DNA from: Tricharina praecox
Lineage: Eukaryota
Direction: 5' to 3'
Length of the DNA: 64,000 bases
Assembly (NCBI RefSeq): GCF_024521635.1
Contig: NW_026250420.1
Coordinates: 62,001 to 126,000, forward strand
Shown: one piece after another, positions 25,211 through 36,613 of the stretch
How positions within the stretch are numbered: the stretch's first letter is position 1
How the letters are laid out: each line of letters begins with the position of its first letter
Notes under the pieces: model-generated
What the model was told of the DNA's origin: nothing
Database searches by the model: none
Seen by the model: the letters and a program-made list of their open reading frames with translations, nothing else
Made by a program: the position numbers and the translations under genes

Positions 25211-26021
25211 ATGGCAGCAACAACGCACACCGGCGTCGGCCCGCTCACGCCCTTCGAAGTCTCGTTCCTTGCCGAAAATGACATGATCACCATTGTCCCA
25301 CGGCAGCGGCTGGAAAGCCTCGACCTGATCTCCGTAGCTTCCCCGGAGCCTTCCTCTCCTCCTCTCGCTGACATCCCATTCCTAGGGCCACATCCCCGCC
25401 TTCCGCCCTCCACAGCGCGCAACGATCCCACTCTGGCTCGCCCTCGTGCTCAAGAAGCAAAAGCGCTGCAACATCGTGCCGCCCACGTGGCTAACCGCGC
25501 ACAACCTCGACGCGCTGCTGACATGGGAGACGGAGCACCCGCAGGCGTTCAGCTCGTCATTGCCGTACCGATGGCTCGAGACGAGCGAGATCCTATTGTC
25601 GGCGGCCGCGGACGACATCCCGGACGGCGAGGGGGATCTCCGCGTGCTGCTGCGTGGCCTCAGAGAGGTCCGCCAGACCAAGGCTCGCATGGGTCTCAAG
25701 CAGCTCGAGAGCACCTACCTGCAGATGAACGGCCTGGGGCTGCTGGAGATCACGGAGCTAAGGGGGTTCGCGGGAATGGTCACGGATGGCCTCAGGAGGC
25801 TGGGCGCTACGAGGGAGGAGGGGAGGCGCGCCGAGGAGGAGGAGGATGATGGGGACGAGGAGGATGAGAGTCAGACTACGAGCAGGTATGGGGCTAGTAC
25901 AGTGGGGAGGAGTATGGCGAATACTAGTACCGTGGGCAGGAGTAGCTTGGCCGTCAGAGGGAGTACAAACACTGGGAGGAGCAGTGTGGACACGTTTGAC
26001 AATGATGAGGATGATTTTTAA
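25211..26021 (+). CDS. PSF2: GINS complex subunit Psf2, 1 intron (25334-25385)
   Basis: LTPFEVSFLAENDMITIVPR, IPLWLALVLKKQKRCNIVPPTWL and LREVRQTKAR. Divergent from APL4. Confidence 0.95.
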
Positions 26022-26556
26022 TGAACTTACTGCACCGGTGCTGACCACACATGATGAGCCGATGCATATATGCAAACCCATATTCGTAGCAGTAGATTTC
26101 GGATAGTAATGTGCGTAGAGACTCTGCAAAGTAGAGTCCAGCCAATGATCGAGCCGTAATACCACCCATCACTCGGTTTTCATCTGACCTGGAAAATCCA
26201 ATTGGCAAGCCGAATGACTGGCAAGAGAGAGAAGTACGCCGCCATAGTTTAGAAAGACTGAATGCGAATTACCAGAACCGTTTTCCGTTTGTTCGTTGCG
26301 CAGGTGACGAGAGCTGGGACCAGATGGAGGAGAGAACGCGGGAGCAACCGAATGTACCATCCCACTCTCACCCGCTTGCAGCCCGCTGTTCGTTGGCACC
26401 CTTCTATTCCATTCCAAGCAAACACCCCCCTCCCTCCCCATATTCACCCTTACTCTTCCCATTCATTGCCTTATAAATTCTATCCTTCCCCATTCCGCCT
26501 AGGTACCTCCCCTCACTCCTTCCCCCCCTCCACACAGACGCAACCAACCAACCACC

Positions 26557-26751
26557 ATGTCAATATCCACCAGCTATGACACAGATGAAGCCATCGCCTC
26601 CTTCGACGACGGCGATTTCCACACGTACTCATTGTGCGAGAACATAATTGCCGATGCGGACGTGGAGAGCGCTTGCAACGAGTTCAACGTAGAGTTTTGG
26701 ACGCCGTACTCCTATCTTGACTATTTTCCTTTTCTCTGGGGTGGGCAATGA
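26557..26751 (+). CDS. Putative 64-aa acidic microprotein
   Basis: TATAAA at 26472, a CT-rich leader, CAACCACCATG start context and an isolated ORF followed by an AT-richer tail. Confidence 0.5.
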   Translation: MSISTSYDTDEAIASFDDGDFHTYSLCENIIADADVESACNEFNVEFWTPYSYLDYFPFLWGGQ

Positions 26752-27117
26752 TGATGGGAGGCAATGATGATGGGAGGTCACGAGTGATGGGCCGTGTTGT
26801 GTTGTAAGAGTAAAAATATCTGTCTTAATAAGCTAAACTAAACGGAACTGAACTGAACTGATAACTCCTAACCCAGTGACCACAACACCGTACCATACTC
26901 TACTGTCTGTCCTCCTTAGCAGCGACCAGCGCCGGGTCATAATGTCATAATGAAAGCAAGCAAGCAACCCAAACGCCTCGACACCGAACACACGCTCATA
27001 AAGGTTCAATCCCGCGCAGTCCCTGTGCGTTAAACTCTAGTGCCTTACCTGCTCCACGGAGTATAAATCATCAGCGGGTGTTGGATCACGAGATGCCAGA
27101 ACCATACCTACTCCCCC

Positions 27118-29139
27118 CTACTCCCTCTCCCTCTCCCACTCCTCCTGCAGCAGCGCGCCCGGATGCACCGTATTCACCGGAAAATGCGGGGGAACCGGAG
27201 TCACCAGATCACCCACGTCGAGGTTTAGTCTCTGCACTCCCTCGCGTGCCGATTTCTTCCCTCCAGCAGGATACTTCCCCAGTCCAGCAATCTCGCGGAC
27301 CGCACTGGCGTACGTCAGGCTGCTATCCGTGCTCTCGGCGAAGTCCTCGACAGGATGCAATCCGATCACGCCGCTGTCGCGCTTCCGCCGCTTCTTCTCG
27401 GCGAGGATGACTTCGGCCGGCTTGACGATCTCGAGCTCGGCGGGGTCCTGGCCGCGCCGCAGGGTGCGGGCGGAAAAGTTGGCGTCGGTGATCACCGTGC
27501 TGGCCGAGGTGGACGTGCGGCGGATCCACTTGAATGCCGCGCCGAGGCGGGAGGAGGGGCGGGAGGGGAGATCGGGTTCTACGAGCGGTTGGGCGTCCGA
27601 GGGAGGTTTGCGGTAAACCATGCTTTTGGCGTGGAGAGAGGCGCGGCGGAGTCGCTGGTGTATCGCGGCTTTGGCGTTGGTTTCACAGTGCCGGTCTTGC
27701 TCCATGAACGGGGCGATGGCGCGGCAGTCTTCCTCCGTGAACTGTCCGATGAGCGATGGGCCTGATGTTGTTGGCGTCGCCGGTGTTGCTTTGGGGTCCA
27801 GCCGTGAGCAGTATTCGCCGACAGGGGCGAGCGGCGGCTGCGATTGCACCATGTCTGCTAGGCTGAAGTAGTTCATCTCTTTTGCGCGTGGCATTACTTT
27901 GCCGCCGAGACGCATGGGGTTGTAGACGGGGTACTCGCGAGGTGTCTTGACGCCAGTTGCTTCCGACGGCAGAAATTCGAGCTCCCAGAGGCTGTTGCGC
28001 GGTGGAGCGGACTGCGAGCGGGCCGGCGGTGTCGGGAATTCGAACGACGATGTGTTGGAGAGGGACCTGCGAGTGGGGGTAACTGCCGTGACAAAGCGGT
28101 TGAGTTCGACGCTCAGCTGACGGACACGAGACTTATGGCGACCACTACTAGCGGTGAGAGCAGAATCGACAGCGGATAAGAATGGGGCAGCAGCAGGGAT
28201 AGGGTCGGTCGTGTTTGGCGGAGAGTGTCTCGTCCCGGTTCCATCATATATATCGATGTTTGACTTCGAGGAGGTTTCTGTAGCTTCTGGTAGGAGCACC
28301 ATCGCCGTGCTCGACCGTTTCTTGAGCCTGTGAGGAATCTTCATCGGATGTTTCCCCTTGACCGATCCTGCCCCATCCGAATTATATCCGATACTCCGAA
28401 CATCAGTTTTCCTTCTGACCTTCTTCTTGATCCACTGCAGTGAGATGACCGATCTCTTCGGTTGCGCCAAATCCTCACTGAACCTGCTCCCATTCGATCG
28501 TGTCCGTAGCGGTGGCGACGGCACAAACACCTTCGACGACATCTCCGGCGACGGATGCGAGCTGGGCCCATCATTCTTCGCAACCCCGCAGTGACTCCTC
28601 CACGCACCACTGGCTTCCGCCATCCCGGGCTGATCCAGCAATGCCCAAGCAGAGCCCCCTTTCCTACCCCCGCCGAAAGAGATACTAGGCGGATCAACCC
28701 TTCCGTCCTGATCGTGGAACTGTAGCGACCCCATCGACCGTAGCGACCCAGCAAACGATCCAATCCGACTCCCGCGCTCATCCCTCACCGGGTCCATTCC
28801 CACATCTCCATGCGCATCCTCAACCTTCGAGTCGACGCTGCTCATGTCGTCGGGAGTGCCGGCTTGCGAGGTCGGCGTGCCGAAGATGTAGGTGCGGCAG
28901 CGGCGGTGGGCTTCGCCGGGGGAGGTGGAGCGGGAGCTGTCGGGAGAGGCGGGTTGCGACGGGGCTTTATTCGAGAGTGGCGAGGTTGCACCATCGTGGT
29001 GGAGCGTGAAACTCGGGATGTTGTAGAGCGCGTAGAAGGGCTTCGGACGGTGGGGCGAGGACGCTCGTGTGGATGGCCAGTAGCAGGTTGTTGATCGCTC
29101 GGAGAAGGAGGACATCGACGAGGGAAAGCAACTGGACAT
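27118..29139 (-). CDS. Hypothetical Ser/Pro/Arg-rich protein, 673 aa
   Basis: Long uninterrupted ATG-started ORF with protein-like composition. No domain recognised. Confidence 0.75.
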   Translation of the reverse strand: MSSCFPSSMSSFSERSTTCYWPSTRASSPHRPKPFYALYNIPSFTLHHDGATSPLSNKAPSQPASPDSSRSTSPGEAHRRCRTYIFGTPTSQAGTPDDMSSVDSKVEDAHGDVGMDPVRDERGSRIGSFAGSLRSMGSLQFHDQDGRVDPPSISFGGGRKGGSAWALLDQPGMAEASGAWRSHCGVAKNDGPSSHPSPEMSSKVFVPSPPLRTRSNGSRFSEDLAQPKRSVISLQWIKKKVRRKTDVRSIGYNSDGAGSVKGKHPMKIPHRLKKRSSTAMVLLPEATETSSKSNIDIYDGTGTRHSPPNTTDPIPAAAPFLSAVDSALTASSGRHKSRVRQLSVELNRFVTAVTPTRRSLSNTSSFEFPTPPARSQSAPPRNSLWELEFLPSEATGVKTPREYPVYNPMRLGGKVMPRAKEMNYFSLADMVQSQPPLAPVGEYCSRLDPKATPATPTTSGPSLIGQFTEEDCRAIAPFMEQDRHCETNAKAAIHQRLRRASLHAKSMVYRKPPSDAQPLVEPDLPSRPSSRLGAAFKWIRRTSTSASTVITDANFSARTLRRGQDPAELEIVKPAEVILAEKKRRKRDSGVIGLHPVEDFAESTDSSLTYASAVREIAGLGKYPAGGKKSAREGVQRLNLDVGDLVTPVPPHFPVNTVHPGALLQEEWERERE

Positions 29140-29905
29140 TTGGCGATAGTTAACTGTGGAAGTGCTTCTAGAAATAAAGAAAGCAATACAGAATTAGAGG
29201 AATAAAGACGGTGATGGCCAGCATCAGTCGAGGGCGGCAGGCGGTAGCGGGTGGTAGCAGTGGTATGTCGTAGTGAAAATAGACTCTGGAGTGGGGCTAA
29301 GTGGTGGGATGGTGCCAAAGAAGATTTCGTCATGCAGCCAGCAACCAGCCAGTGGGCGACCGGCTTCCCTCTCTTCGAGAAGCCTGCAGAGACCGAACAA
29401 CTCACAGTCCCGATGTGCTTTTAGACGAGAACATGAAACACGGAAGATGGAATCCTCCATCTACATATGTGCGGAAAATCATCCGCCCACATACAGAAAA
29501 TCCTCGATGATTGCACATCCGTGGTTTAGGGTTGCATTCTGAGGATCGTGGCTACGCGAGCAATTTGTCCGCGGCCCTACGTCGTGCCCTCGCCATCTAG
29601 CCCTACCCTGACACCTAAGGCCCTGCAACAATCCGTTCTTGGTCGTAAGTAGTATTCGCCTCCCAATCACAGCTAGGATTCAATCCCAGTCAAATACCTT
29701 CATCTTCTCATTAACCACCGTAACACCACATCGAACATCAACACCTTAGGCAGCACCGCGTCACCACCCCACAGACAGAAGTACCTCAACCATCACGACA
29801 GTCTGAGAGCGTAACAGATACCATATTTCCCTAGTCGTGGGTTTCCGTGCTGACTTCACAAGGAAACTGAAAATCTCTCGTCGTGGTCGTGCGGAAAGGC
29901 CTGCG

Positions 29906-32900
29906 ATGTACTTTCGTCGCCTTGATCCAATTCTGCGCCAGTTCTCCCCAATCGCCCCGCGACCCCGCCTCACACCGCACTGCGGTGGAGCCCCAAATGC
30001 GGGCGTAGACGGAGAGGACCCAGCTGTTGCACGGGAGGCTAGAACTAGAACTGTCGAGGCCGGCAATGACGCGTCGACGAACGTGTCGCAGTCAAAGCGC
30101 AAGCGTAAAGCGAAGCGTCGCCTCACGGTGGGGAAGGATGTGAACAAGAGCAAGCGGCTGAAGATGCAGCAGCAGCATCTCGAGGAGGAGTACATTCAAC
30201 AGATCCTCGCAGGCAGCGATCATGATGTCTATGAGGACGACGAGGAGATCTTCGACTCGATCCACGTTGCCAACGGCAAACTGATGAAGCTGTCACCTCA
30301 GGCACAGGATCCGGCTGCAGATGGACCTATAGAGCTAGCACCTCTGTCAGCCGGCCTTGCTCCTATTGGAGCGGGGACTGTGCCTGTCAATAAGTCCGGC
30401 AGTCAGCCGACAACACCCGTTGCTGACGCGAAATCAGCTGCTACCAAGTTAGCGAAGAGCGAGGGGCAGAAAAAGACACAGGGAAATAAGCAACCCAACC
30501 AATTACGTCAGTCCCTCTTAACGCAGTCAATCAAAGGAACTCCGTCACGAAATAAAGTAGCTGTAACAGAGGACTCACCGCTGAGTGACCTGTCGGAGGC
30601 CAAGACGAGGCAGCGAGAGTGGACTTCGAGCTCGAAAAAGTTATCGAAGAGGGGCCAACCGGGTCCGGGTGCTGCAAAGAAGAGGGACCAACCCCAAACT
30701 CTTGTGCAGACCCGATTGGGAGGGACGGGTCTTGGCAATAGCCTCAAAGCCACCCGCTCACCTCTACCCCCACAACAGCAACCCTCCAACGACAACGCGA
30801 CAAATCAGAAGAACGTCTCGACCTCGACCACAAAATCTACCACCGCTGTCGCACGCAAACCCAATACTCTCGCATCTATTAGTTTAGTGAGGGAAATTCC
30901 TGGAACCCCCGAAGACGCAGTCACACCTCCAAACAGCTCAGACGAAGAGAGTTTCGGTGTTGCTTCAACACGGAAGGAGAATTCCTCGAAGGAGAAACCG
31001 CAGCTAGGGATTCGGACCCCGCCTACGAGGAGTGTTGCTGTGACACCTAAATCAGCTGGAACCGTTTCCACCGAAGCTGAGATGCCTCGCAAGACTCGGA
31101 GCTCTGCGAAGAAGAAGGCTGCCAAGGCTGCTCCTCCGCCGGCAGTGGCAGCGAAACCACCGTCACAACCGAAACTCAATGGCCCGCCGCCGACCCCTGC
31201 CACCGATGATTCACCAGTAGCGGTTCTACGGTTCGACATTCGGAAATTCCCCAGTGACCCCAAGACGATCTCGATACACGGTAGCGATATCTACAGCCCG
31301 GAGATCAGATTCGTCTCCTACGATTTGCTCCTAACCCTCGTACGGAAGGAATGGCCAGTGGATTGCGGGAAGCAGCTGCTCCTCATGAATTGGACCTTCC
31401 GGTTGATGAATCAGGAGGCCTTCAATCACTGCATCGTTCAGCTATGCAAGCACGGGAGGAAGATGCACGAGATCGTGTTGTGCGATTTGGAGGATGGGAA
31501 GCTCCCCGAAGGGGTTTTGAAGATACAGGCGGGACTGAAAAAGATCGACAAACTCTTCTGGCAGGGGAAGCCTAACGCAGGGACGGTCCCATGGAGCTTC
31601 AAGGATCTCCCGAAGGACAGGCGCCACAGCGAGGTCCGGAAGGCAGTTTCCGGCGAGGCGCCTGCGGAAAAGAGGCGGCAGACCATTGCTGGAGGGCCTA
31701 CCGGGAGTGTCAACATATGGAGTAGTCCTTTCTCACCTGTCGTTGCCAACGCCACGTCGCATCCGAGACCAACTGAAACCTCCGAGAGCGACCACCCTGC
31801 AAAGCGGAGGGTCATTGAGTCGGAGTCAACCCCTATCACACCACCAGGAGCATCGCCTAAGAATCGGTGGTCCAGTGCTGGTGCCGCAGGAAGGGTGGCC
31901 GGCCGGTTTACTAATCCGACGGCATCGCCTTTGCCATCTCCCAGTCGTTGGACGAAGGGAGAGGATAATCGGAGGGCACCAGAGGTCGAAGACCGAAAAG
32001 ATCCTGTCACTCCAGATGTTGAAGTTGGCCCCAAACCGGTCGTCGATGTTGCTTCCCCAAAGGAACCAGAAAACGTCACGGTGGAGAAGGAAGGCGTCCC
32101 GCTGAAGAAGGAAGTCATCGCCGTGGAGAAGGAGGCCATCACCGTGGAGAGGGAGGGCAGTCCCGAGGAAATACTCAAGGAGCCAGAAGGCATCGCCGTG
32201 GAGAAAGAGAATATCGCTGTGCAGAAAGAAGGGATCACCGTTGAGAAGGAAGGTGGTTCTAAGGAGATACCAAAGGAGACGATTCGGCTTCTGGACACTA
32301 AAGCCCCTGACACCCCTTCGGCTGAATCATCATCGGCTCCGGTGTCAAAGCGATGGCAACATCGAGGACCGCCGAGGAAGGTCCCACTGGAGGGTTACGA
32401 CATCAGTCCAGTGTCCGGTTTCTCCATTGTTCGAGCTCAGCCACAGGGTAAGTGTCTTTCGTGTGTGATATTGATTCCAATCACTAATTCTATCAGCATC
32501 GGGCCCAATAGTATTGCAGCCTGAGCTTATGACGGGTGTGATCGCTGGTCAAAATGCATTCAGAGCTATCCGTACTCCTACACAGCCTGCTGAGAAGGAC
32601 CGCTTAACCCCTCTGAGGTCGATTGGAGCGGCCCCGCCACAAACCCCATCGCCATGTGCTCCCTCGGAACCGATGTGCGGCAAGTTCCAGTCGCCCGCAC
32701 CCTCACAGGCAGTGGCGGAATCCTCTCTCCCAGTTGTTAGCGCAATACCCACGAGCTCGACGAGCATTTTAGGTGCTCCGCCAACTCCTAAACCATCACC
32801 ACCCGAGCCGGCTGCGGCGACAAGCACGACGGAAGCCAACGGGATATCCGTCCCTGAACCCATGGATCTAGATGAACAGCCTGGAGCTCTCGAGTCTGTC

Positions 32901-35426
32901 TCTATCTCTAAAACACCATTCCAGGCTCCTGCAGAGAGGAAGTCAATTCCTGGTCCGGGTGAAGAGATCGACGAAAATTCCCTTTCTAAAGAAGTGCCTG
33001 GATTTTCCGAAACTCCGGTTACTAGTGGGTTCGTTGCTGTGAATGCTGGTGCCGCATCCAGGAGTACACAACCTCAGCGTCCCGAGCAGAATGGAACGGT
33101 CGAAAATGACAAGGCGCGAGCGGGTGAAGACCCAACGATCGGGAATGACATGGTAGGATTGGCTAACGACCCAACGATCAATGCTCAAGCCGATTTTCTC
33201 CTCCAGGTCTTTTTATCTACCGCCAATGAGGCGCCTCCTGCCGAACCCAATGCCCCAGTTTATCCGATGGTGCAGAAGCCTGCGGCGAAGCAGCCAGCAA
33301 AAAAACGGGCACGGCAGAGCGCAACTAAATCGAAGAGATCATCCACGAGCAATTCAACCCCGGCGCCTGAATCGGACAGCCCGATGCCGGTATCCCAAAT
33401 GGCTTCGCCGGCTGTAGGACAGGCTACTACCTCGGAACCGCCTCCGAGGATGATTCCAGATTCAGCGTTGCCGCCATCTTCACAGCGTGTTGCTTCATCG
33501 GCTGTATCATCGCCAATGCCGTTGCCAATGCCATTACCATATGCCAACCCAGCTGGAGGAGCATCGCCTATGCCAGCTGCGAAGCCAGCTGAAGGACCAT
33601 CACCAATGCCGTCCACGAACCCAGCTGAAGTACAGCCGCAACGTGTTGCTTCTTCGGCTGTATCATCGCCAATGCCGTTGCCAATGCCATTACCATATGC
33701 CAACCCAGCTGGAGGAGCATCGCCTATGCCAGCTGCGAAGCCAGCTGAAGGACCATCACCAATGCCGTCCACGAACCCAGCTGAAGTACAGCCACAACGT
33801 GTTGCTTCTTCGGCTGTACCATCGCCAATGCCGATGCCATTGCCGTATGTGAACCCAACTGAAGGACCATCACCGACGCTACCTACAACCCCAGCTGAAG
33901 GACAGCCGCAACGTTTTGCTTCCTCGATTGTGGCATCATCGCCAATGCCATCAGCGAACCCGCCTAAAGCACAGCAGCAACAAACAGCGGTCACGGCACC
34001 TGTTCTGAGGCAACGTAAATCAACTACGGCGACTCCACAGCCCCCTGCAACGGACATACTACAACAACCGCTCAAACGGACATTTGACCAGGCGATTTCA
34101 ACGTCAACATCGCGCGCTACGACGGTATCGGCTTCGCCTGTATCTATCCAACCTGTACTAAAGTCTGGGACCGCACGAAAGACACGAAAGACTGTCCCGC
34201 GTGCACCAGTAATCCCTGCGGCGAAAATACCTCGCCCGCAGCCCTACCGGCGTCCGGTTCCCATAGCCAACTTGTCCGACCAAGTCGTTGCTACGACCGC
34301 TCCTGTCCCAAACAACCCCGTGTTCGGACAAGATGCTGTTCCTGGTTCGAAGTCCCTGAAGGGGGCAAGCGCCAGCACGCCCGACTCGCGCAAGAAGGGT
34401 GACGATCAGCAGCGTCGGCCTGCTGCTCGCCTTGATTCGCTCAACCAGCGTCCAGGTATGCCCTGGCTCAACCAGCCCAACGCAGCGGCCGGTAGTGGGA
34501 TTGGTGCCAGTAACAACGGGGGCAGGGGATCAGTCTCCAATGGTTCCAATTACGGAATCCGGCCCCTCTTTACCGAAGGGCCCAGCCCAAGGCAGGTTCC
34601 CTTGCCTCCGGCGTACGTTACGCAGCCAAGGGCAGAGGAGCCTAGGCCCCAGCACGTCCTCAATCCCCTCGCAGGACCACTCGGTTCTCCGAGAATACCA
34701 CCGCCGCCCAAGTCGAATGACTTTCGTCACGTTGTGGCTAGGAACGGCTCGTCTACTGTTGGGGCTAAGAACGGCTCGTCTACGGCTAAGGCTAGGAACG
34801 GCACGTCGAGTGGTGGGGCTTGGAAGCTGCCCACACGTAAGTCGATTCTCTTTGACCCCACTACTCAAACATCACTAACCAGATCAGTGGAACGTACTGG
34901 CTCGCCGACTCTCCCGCTTTCGCTGCCGTCGCTCTCTCTCTTCTTCGGCGCCGGCTCAGGCGCACCTCGTCCATTCGGCGTAGCCGCCGGTGGCCCTTAT
35001 GGCCCTCCACCTCCTATCCGCAACCTCACAGGCATCGCCCCCATCAAGCCCCGCGACATGGTCTTCACCATCCACCGCTGGGACGCGCCCGAGACACGCC
35101 TGTGTCTCGAGGGGATCCAGATCATGAAGGCCAGCGACAACAACCGTCTCTGCTGGGAGAAGCTCCTGACCTACTGCGCTTTAAACCTGCGGTTCGATGA
35201 TAACCGCGAGGCGCTCATCATCAACTGGTGCACGCGCGTCGAGGACCAGGAAACCCTGGACAAGGGCCATGATCTGGGCAGGTACTATGGCGGCGCCAAG
35301 GGGAACGAAGTTGTCGTCGTTTCCGTCGATGATGATACCAGACGCCTGGTGCACAAGGAAGTGGCGGAGAAGCTGAAGAGGGGCAAGAGGCTCATTAGAG
35401 AGCAGGAGGAGGGCGAGGCGGTTTGA
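29906..35426 (+). CDS. Large orphan protein (~1,823 aa), mostly disordered, with two copies of an ~90-aa globular domain; 1 intron (32448-32496)
   Basis: ORFs 29837-32524 and 32514-35426 join in frame through a 49-nt GTAAGT...CTAAT...CAG intron (QPQ-A-SGPIVLQPELM). First ATG at 29906. Confidence 0.85.
33483..33960 (+). repeat. Coding 156-bp (52-aa) tandem repeat: two near-identical and two degenerate units
   Basis: CGTGTTGCTTC recurs at 33486, 33642 and 33798, with a variant at 33912. Confidence 0.95.
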
Positions 35427-35429
35427 GCT

Positions 35430-35880
35430 TTCTCGTATTTACTTACTTTTACTTCCTTTTAGCTGTTTGCATTTTTACGGGCGTTACCAACTGTTTTTTT
35501 CTTGTTCTTTTTTTTTCTTTTTTTTTCCAATTCCATTTCTTACTTACATTTCTTACTTTCTTGCTTGCATTTCTTACTCTTTTACTTTCTTACCTTCTTA
35601 CTTGCAGAACTGCATCTCTTACGGTTGTGTTTTCAGCTTTTTTTTCTTTTTTTTTCTTTTTTTTTTCTTCATTTTTCCCCTTATAGCGAAGCGGCTAAAT
35701 CTTTTTTTTGTGGTTTCTTGTTATTTTCGTGGTGTCTTGTTCTTTCTGCGGTTTCTTATATATTTTTTCTGTGGTTTCTTGCTCTTTCTGCGGTTTCTTT
35801 TCTTTCTGTGGTTTCTTATTCTTTCCATGGTTTTTTTCTTTTTGTTTTCTTGTTTTGTTCTTGATACGATAGGTTTTCTT
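35430..35880. repeat. T-rich low-complexity tract
   Basis: About 450 bp of T runs with recurring GTGGTTTCTT/GCGGTTTCTT units. Confidence 0.85.
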
Positions 35881-36215
35881 AGACGCGCTTTACTCTGCGG
35901 CGCGACGCGCTGTGACTTGCTGGCTGGATGGCTGGCAGGCTGGATGGATGTGGTTTTCTGATCCGGGAACTTGTTTTTTTAGATGGGGGATGCGAGATTT
36001 TAGATGAAATGAGACGGAAGTTGTATTGTAGATATTTGGCTGAGAGACGGTAGGATAGGATACCTGTGAGTTGTAAGATACAGAGTTTGTACATTTGCTT
36101 GCTCTTGCACAGTTGCCCACTCTAGACGAGTTTCTCCAGATTAGGCCAGACAAAGCAAACAAAAGAATAGCTACTTGCTGACTTGCTCTCAAGTGATTTT
36201 ACACAAAAAGAACAA

Positions 36216-36286
36216 TGCATCCGTCGGGAGTCGAACCCGAGCCAATTGCTTGGAAGGCAATTATCCTACCGTTGGACCACGGAAGC
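36216..36286 (-). tRNA. tRNA-Gly (anticodon TCC), intronless
   Basis: 71-nt cloverleaf: acceptor GCTTCCG/CGGATGC, D stem GTCC/GGAT, anticodon arm ATTGC-CTTCCAA-GCAAT, T arm TCGGG-TTCGACT-CCCGA. A T5 Pol III terminator follows at 36205-36209. Confidence 0.95.
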
Positions 36287-36501
36287 TGCTTGAAAATGTT
36301 CTGGTGAGATTCTATAATTCAATGTGGAGTGAGGAGATGAGTTTCTAAACCGCTCAGTATGTTCAAAGGAGGATATAGACATACAGATGATAATAGTGAT
36401 GAACAGTGACCTGGTTGTTTGTGCCAGCCATTGCGAACTGTCTTTTGTCAGAGAGGAGTTTGTTTTTGGTTTAATCATTGATTGCATGCGACCTATCTAT
36501 C

Positions 36502-36613
36502 TAGATCATGGCAATATCACCCCGTTTCACCCCCACTTTCCACGCCACTGTCCAACCCGACTTGCATCGAGCGGCTCGATGTGGCTTTACTTGCTCTCCG
36601 CCGCGGCCTGTCC
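36502..36613 (+). repeat. Dispersed repeat, copy 1 (inverted homolog at 49031-49136)
   Basis: Shares TAGATCATGGCAATAT with copy 2, plus a 77-bp core that is 65/77 identical by hand alignment. Confidence 0.85.

Noticed and set aside
25334..25385. Non-consensus GTAGCT donor in PSF2 as a regulated intron
   Set aside because: Other genes here also use weak donors (GTACTC, GTACAT), so this looks like genome-wide tolerance.
35423..35961. Phe/Leu-rich membrane-protein-like ORFs
   Set aside because: They are artefacts of the T-rich tract.
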